Virus record (IMG/VR): IMGVR_UViG_3300009161_000051
Location: 1 to 59,310 of that record
Length of the DNA: 59,310 nucleotides
From: a virus
Taxonomy: Duplodnaviria; Caudoviricetes
Direction: 5' to 3' (one strand)
Shown here piece by piece: positions 55,738 to 59,310 of the stretch. The first letter of the stretch is position 1, and every line of letters starts with the position of its first letter. Position numbers and translations under genes: made by a program. The notes beneath the pieces were generated by a model that ran no database searches, was not told the DNA's origin, and was given only the letters and a program-made list of their open reading frames with translations.

Positions 55738-56292
55738 ATGGAAGAAGAGACTGGAAAGTTGCCAAAGTTGGCTTCTGCATCATCTGTTAGGGGTGAAGTA
55801 CGTGAGACGTTGCGGACTGAGACATCGCGTGATTTGGCAAAAATACGTGCTGATGAAATTAGGAAGCATCGTGCCGGAACTGAAATAGATGTCATGGATA
55901 GGTATTATATTGACCCAGAAATCATCCCTGATGGGTGGTCTTATGAATATAAACGCAAATCTGTTCATGGATTGGAAGATGCTGCCTATGAAGTCAATCT
56001 TGCTAGGGGTGGTTGGACTGCTGTGCCAGTTGATAGAAACGCAAGACATCGCGCTTTAATGCCACGAGGAAACTATTCTACTGTTGAAATTGACGGCATG
56101 ATTTTAATGGAACGACCTTTGGAGTTGACAGAAGAAGCGCGTGATGTAGAATTGCGCCGAGCTAGAGGTCAAGTACGTGCTAAGGAGCAACAACTTGCAT
56201 CTACGCCAGACGGAACGATGACTCGTGAACATGAACGTGTGCGACCATCAATTAAAAAGGGTTACGAGCCAATGCCAGTCCCAAAGGACTGA
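55738..56292 (+). CDS. Conserved head-module protein
   Basis: IPDGWSYEYKR...GWTAVP...DGMILMERP. Confidence 0.6.
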   Translation: MEEETGKLPKLASASSVRGEVRETLRTETSRDLAKIRADEIRKHRAGTEIDVMDRYYIDPEIIPDGWSYEYKRKSVHGLEDAAYEVNLARGGWTAVPVDRNARHRALMPRGNYSTVEIDGMILMERPLELTEEARDVELRRARGQVRAKEQQLASTPDGTMTREHERVRPSIKKGYEPMPVPKD

Positions 56293-56388
56293 GGCCGTAG
56301 TCCGACCCGCCCTCTGGGAGGCAGGTAAAATTTGTCGTGGTTGGCAGTGCTAGGCGCATAGCAACCTCTTCATCAAGGAACATCAATT

Positions 56389-56985
56389 ATGGCAAACACT
56401 TCTGCGCCATTTGGATTCCGTCAGTATGGTGGAACAGGCTCTGCTCCTACGTATGAGCAAGTTCCAGCACTGATATCATCCTCATACTCGACCGCAATCT
56501 TTTTTGGCGATCCTGTATACCCGCTAACCACTGGCTATATTGCTGGCTCGTCTGAAACTCCCGGCACAGTTCAAATTGCTGGCGTGTTTGTTGGGGCACA
56601 GTATCTCTCAACCTCCCAAAAGCGTACAGTTTGGAGTAACTATTGGCCCGGTTCTGACGCAACTGGCGACGTTACAGCTTACATTATTAACGATCCAAAC
56701 GCTCGTTTCTTGGCACAAGTTGGCGGTTCCACAACCACAGGACTTACAAATGCTGATATCGCAGCAAACGTACAGTTTGCTTACGGTACTGGAACCACTG
56801 CAAACGGAATTTCAGGCGCATATGTTGTCTATAATTCTGCCACAACTACCAATACGCTTCCATTCCGGGTAGTAAACCTTGTCACAACACCTCCGGGTGC
56901 TGAAGGTACTGCTTCCGGTGCTTACAATCTTGTTGTTGTCGCGTTTAATAACGTGTCCACCAAGCAACTCTTATCAGTCGGCTAA
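56389..56985 (+). CDS. Capsid decoration/cement protein
   Basis: MANTSAPFGFR...IFFGDPV...GVFVG...DPN.RF; directly before the MCP. Confidence 0.65.
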   Translation: MANTSAPFGFRQYGGTGSAPTYEQVPALISSSYSTAIFFGDPVYPLTTGYIAGSSETPGTVQIAGVFVGAQYLSTSQKRTVWSNYWPGSDATGDVTAYIINDPNARFLAQVGGSTTTGLTNADIAANVQFAYGTGTTANGISGAYVVYNSATTTNTLPFRVVNLVTTPPGAEGTASGAYNLVVVAFNNVSTKQLLSVG

Positions 56986-56998
56986 GGAGTAAGGTATC

Positions 56999-57913
56999 AT
57001 GGCTGTTAATCTCTCAGCAATTAAAGACCTTTTGCTCCCCGGTCTACGTGGAGTTGAAGGCAAGTACGAGATGATCCCATCTCAGTACGACAAGATGTTC
57101 ACCAAGCATGAGTCAAAGATGGCTCTTGAGCGTACTGCTGAAATGCGGTTCCTCGGCTTGGCACAGTTGAAAACAGAAGGCGGTCAGACCGCTTTTGATA
57201 ACAGTGCTGGTGAGCGGTACATCTACAATCAGGAGCATACTGAAATTGCTCTCGGTTACGCGATTACCCGCAAAGCCATCGACGATAATCTGTATAAGAC
57301 ACAGTTTATGCCGTCCAACCTCGGCCTGATTGAATCCTTTCAGCAAACCAAGGAAATTTACGGTGCAAACATTCTTAATACAGCTACGACGTATAATTCC
57401 TCAATTGGCGGTGACGGTGTTGCACTTTGCTCCACGGCGCATCCTATTGACGGAAGTACAGTTGCTAATACACCAAGCGTTCAACTTGATCTCAATGAAG
57501 CATCGCTCCTTAACAGTATGATAGGTGTGCGGACAAACTTCAAAGATCAGGCTGGCCTGAAGGTATTTGCCCGTGCGCGTAAGCTCATTGTCCCGCCACA
57601 GCTTGAACCAGTTGCTATCCGTCTTACAAAGACAGAACTGCGTCCGGGTACAGCAGATAATGATGTTAATGCCATAATGATGTCTTCCGGCGGTCTGCCA
57701 GAAGGTTACATGGTTAATGACTTCTTGACCTCTGCGTATGCTTGGTTCTTGCTGACCAACATCGACGGTCTGTCGTATATGGAACGTGTGGCCTTTGAAA
57801 CCGACATGCAGGTCGATTTTGTTACAGATAACCTTCTTGTCAAGGGCTATGAGCGTTACTCGTTTGGTTACTATAACTGGCGTTCAATCTTTGGCTCGTT
57901 CCCAACATCGTAA
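56999..57913 (+). CDS. Major capsid protein
   Basis: LLPGL..; HTEIALGYAIT..AIDDNLY; GGDGVALCSTAHP; KLIVPPQL; ERYSFG..NWR.IFGS. Confidence 0.9.
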   Translation: MAVNLSAIKDLLLPGLRGVEGKYEMIPSQYDKMFTKHESKMALERTAEMRFLGLAQLKTEGGQTAFDNSAGERYIYNQEHTEIALGYAITRKAIDDNLYKTQFMPSNLGLIESFQQTKEIYGANILNTATTYNSSIGGDGVALCSTAHPIDGSTVANTPSVQLDLNEASLLNSMIGVRTNFKDQAGLKVFARARKLIVPPQLEPVAIRLTKTELRPGTADNDVNAIMMSSGGLPEGYMVNDFLTSAYAWFLLTNIDGLSYMERVAFETDMQVDFVTDNLLVKGYERYSFGYYNWRSIFGSFPTS

Positions 57914-57931
57914 TCCAAAGGAGAAGGTAAC

Positions 57932-59083
57932 ATGGCTATTTCAGCATTCTCCGGTCCCGTAATTTCTTTTGGTCAGAACACCATTGGAACTACAACGGAT
58001 TACAATCCACAATTAGGCCCGTCGCTCTTCTGGGGCGGCGTTGGTCGCCTTGATCCTCGTCCTAATTTTGCTTACATCCCCGGTCAGAACTACGGTGCAT
58101 TTACCGCTGGTTTTGCAACGTCGGATACTCAGACCATCAGTGCTACTCCTTATGCGCTTGGTTCTGCTGCAATCGCAGCAGCCGCAGCAACTACGGCTAG
58201 CACAGCTATGACGCTTGTTTCAACAAACTCAACGTCAACAGGTGTCTCAATTAGCGCATCGTGCATCAACTATAATACTGGTGCAACGGTGACTGGCCTT
58301 TTGCTTCTTGATGGTTTTGCATCCTTCACGGGTGTGGTAGCAAGCAGCATCTTGACCGTATCGTCCCTGACTGGGGTTATTACGATTGGGATGACCTTGA
58401 CTGGCACTGGCGTTAATTCTGGTACTACTGTTGTAAATCAGCTTACTGGGCCTCCCGGTGGTGCTGGAACTTATACGGTACAAGGTGACGATACTGTTGG
58501 TTCCACGACTATAACGGGACAAGCAGCTTTAGGGCCAACCGCATTTGGGCAGCCTTTCAGCGATACTAATTCCGTTTATCTCTGGAACCCACAGGCTCTT
58601 GTTTCTCGCGCAGTGAGTATTGTTCCGGTTTCTGGTACATCAACGGCGGCAGTTATCTTTACTGTTTCTGGTTACGACATTTATGGCGTACCAATGAGTG
58701 AAGCAATTACTGTTCCAACAAGCACGACGACAGCTACTACTACCAAGGGCGCAAAAGCGTTTAAGTATATTGCTTCTGTAACACCTAGTGTTACAAATGC
58801 AATTACTTATAGCGTTGGTACAACCGACATCTATGGTCTTCCAATTCGTTCTGATAACTTTGGCGATTTAGCGATCAACTACAACGCCACAGGTATTACG
58901 GCGAGTACGGGGTACGTCGCGGCAGTGACCACAAGTCCTGCAACGACGACTACAGGTGACGTTCGTGGAACGTATGCATTACAATCGGCGGCAGACGCTT
59001 CCAAGCGGCTTGTTGTTCGTCAATTTGTAACCCCAGCCAATATGGGTTCCATCACGGGCCTGTTCGGTGTAACCCAAGCATAG
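57932..59083 (+). CDS. Virion structural protein (T/S/G/A-rich)
   Basis: MAISAFSGPV start after the MCP; beta-rich. Confidence 0.65.
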   Translation: MAISAFSGPVISFGQNTIGTTTDYNPQLGPSLFWGGVGRLDPRPNFAYIPGQNYGAFTAGFATSDTQTISATPYALGSAAIAAAAATTASTAMTLVSTNSTSTGVSISASCINYNTGATVTGLLLLDGFASFTGVVASSILTVSSLTGVITIGMTLTGTGVNSGTTVVNQLTGPPGGAGTYTVQGDDTVGSTTITGQAALGPTAFGQPFSDTNSVYLWNPQALVSRAVSIVPVSGTSTAAVIFTVSGYDIYGVPMSEAITVPTSTTTATTTKGAKAFKYIASVTPSVTNAITYSVGTTDIYGLPIRSDNFGDLAINYNATGITASTGYVAAVTTSPATTTTGDVRGTYALQSAADASKRLVVRQFVTPANMGSITGLFGVTQA

Positions 59084-59092
59084 GAGTAAGCC

Positions 59093-59310
59093 ATGAAGGG
59101 CCATAAGCACAACTACGGAACCGCTGTTCATCACGAACATCCACGGGCCGAACATAAGAAGGGTGGCAAGGTTAATTCTGAGCATCCTATGGAAGGCCAT
59201 TTTGACAACGACGAAGCACCTAAAGAAGTTTATGCGGGTGCTGGTTCTAAAGTTGTAAAAGAAGCTGAAGAGAAAAAGCACGGCGGCAAGGTCCATAAGG
59301 CCCGTGCCAA
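59093..59310 (+). CDS. Partial small basic protein with KxxGG motifs (homologue of 300..581)
   Basis: AGGAG RBS; HKKGGKV, NDEAPKEVYAGAGSKVVK, KKHGGKV. Confidence 0.65.
   Translation, partial: MKGHKHNYGTAVHHEHPRAEHKKGGKVNSEHPMEGHFDNDEAPKEVYAGAGSKVVKEAEEKKHGGKVHKARA

Overview
The window is an apparently near-complete (~59 kb, circularly permuted) genome of a tailed dsDNA phage with podovirus-like organisation. It has a P22-type portal, adaptor and nozzle proteins and ejection proteins, and no tape measure, sheath, DNA polymerase or integrase was seen. The host is probably an alphaproteobacterium (phage GcrA, KGG stress protein, sigma70 promoters lacking the -7 T). Modules in order: virion/tail fibres (1-9.7 kb), lysis (9.7-11.8 kb), tail/ejection proteins (11.8-22.9 kb), leftward recombination operon (22.9-26.0 kb), regulation/replication (26.1-32.4 kb), an array of promoter-hairpin-gene-terminator early cassettes (32.4-36.1 kb), terminase (36.6-39.2 kb), a tandem array of modular mini-genes and accessory genes (39.2-43.2 kb), and the head module (43.3-59.3 kb). 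The strongest candidates for undescribed biology are: (1) a short basic/aromatic-x-x-GG peptide motif shared by at least 8 probable virion-internal proteins and repeated about 19 times, often as GG-x6-GG pairs, in one cassette-like polyprotein, suggesting a capsid-cargo targeting or processing system whose cargo includes a 1730-aa protein with glycosylase-like and CmoA-like domains; (2) a 6-7 copy promoter cassette with a palindromic operator in its spacer; (3) a mini-gene array with three conserved blocks and variable inserts; (4) a GcrA + adenine methyltransferase + RNAP alpha-CTD transcription toolkit. All family calls come from motif recognition by eye; no searches were run.
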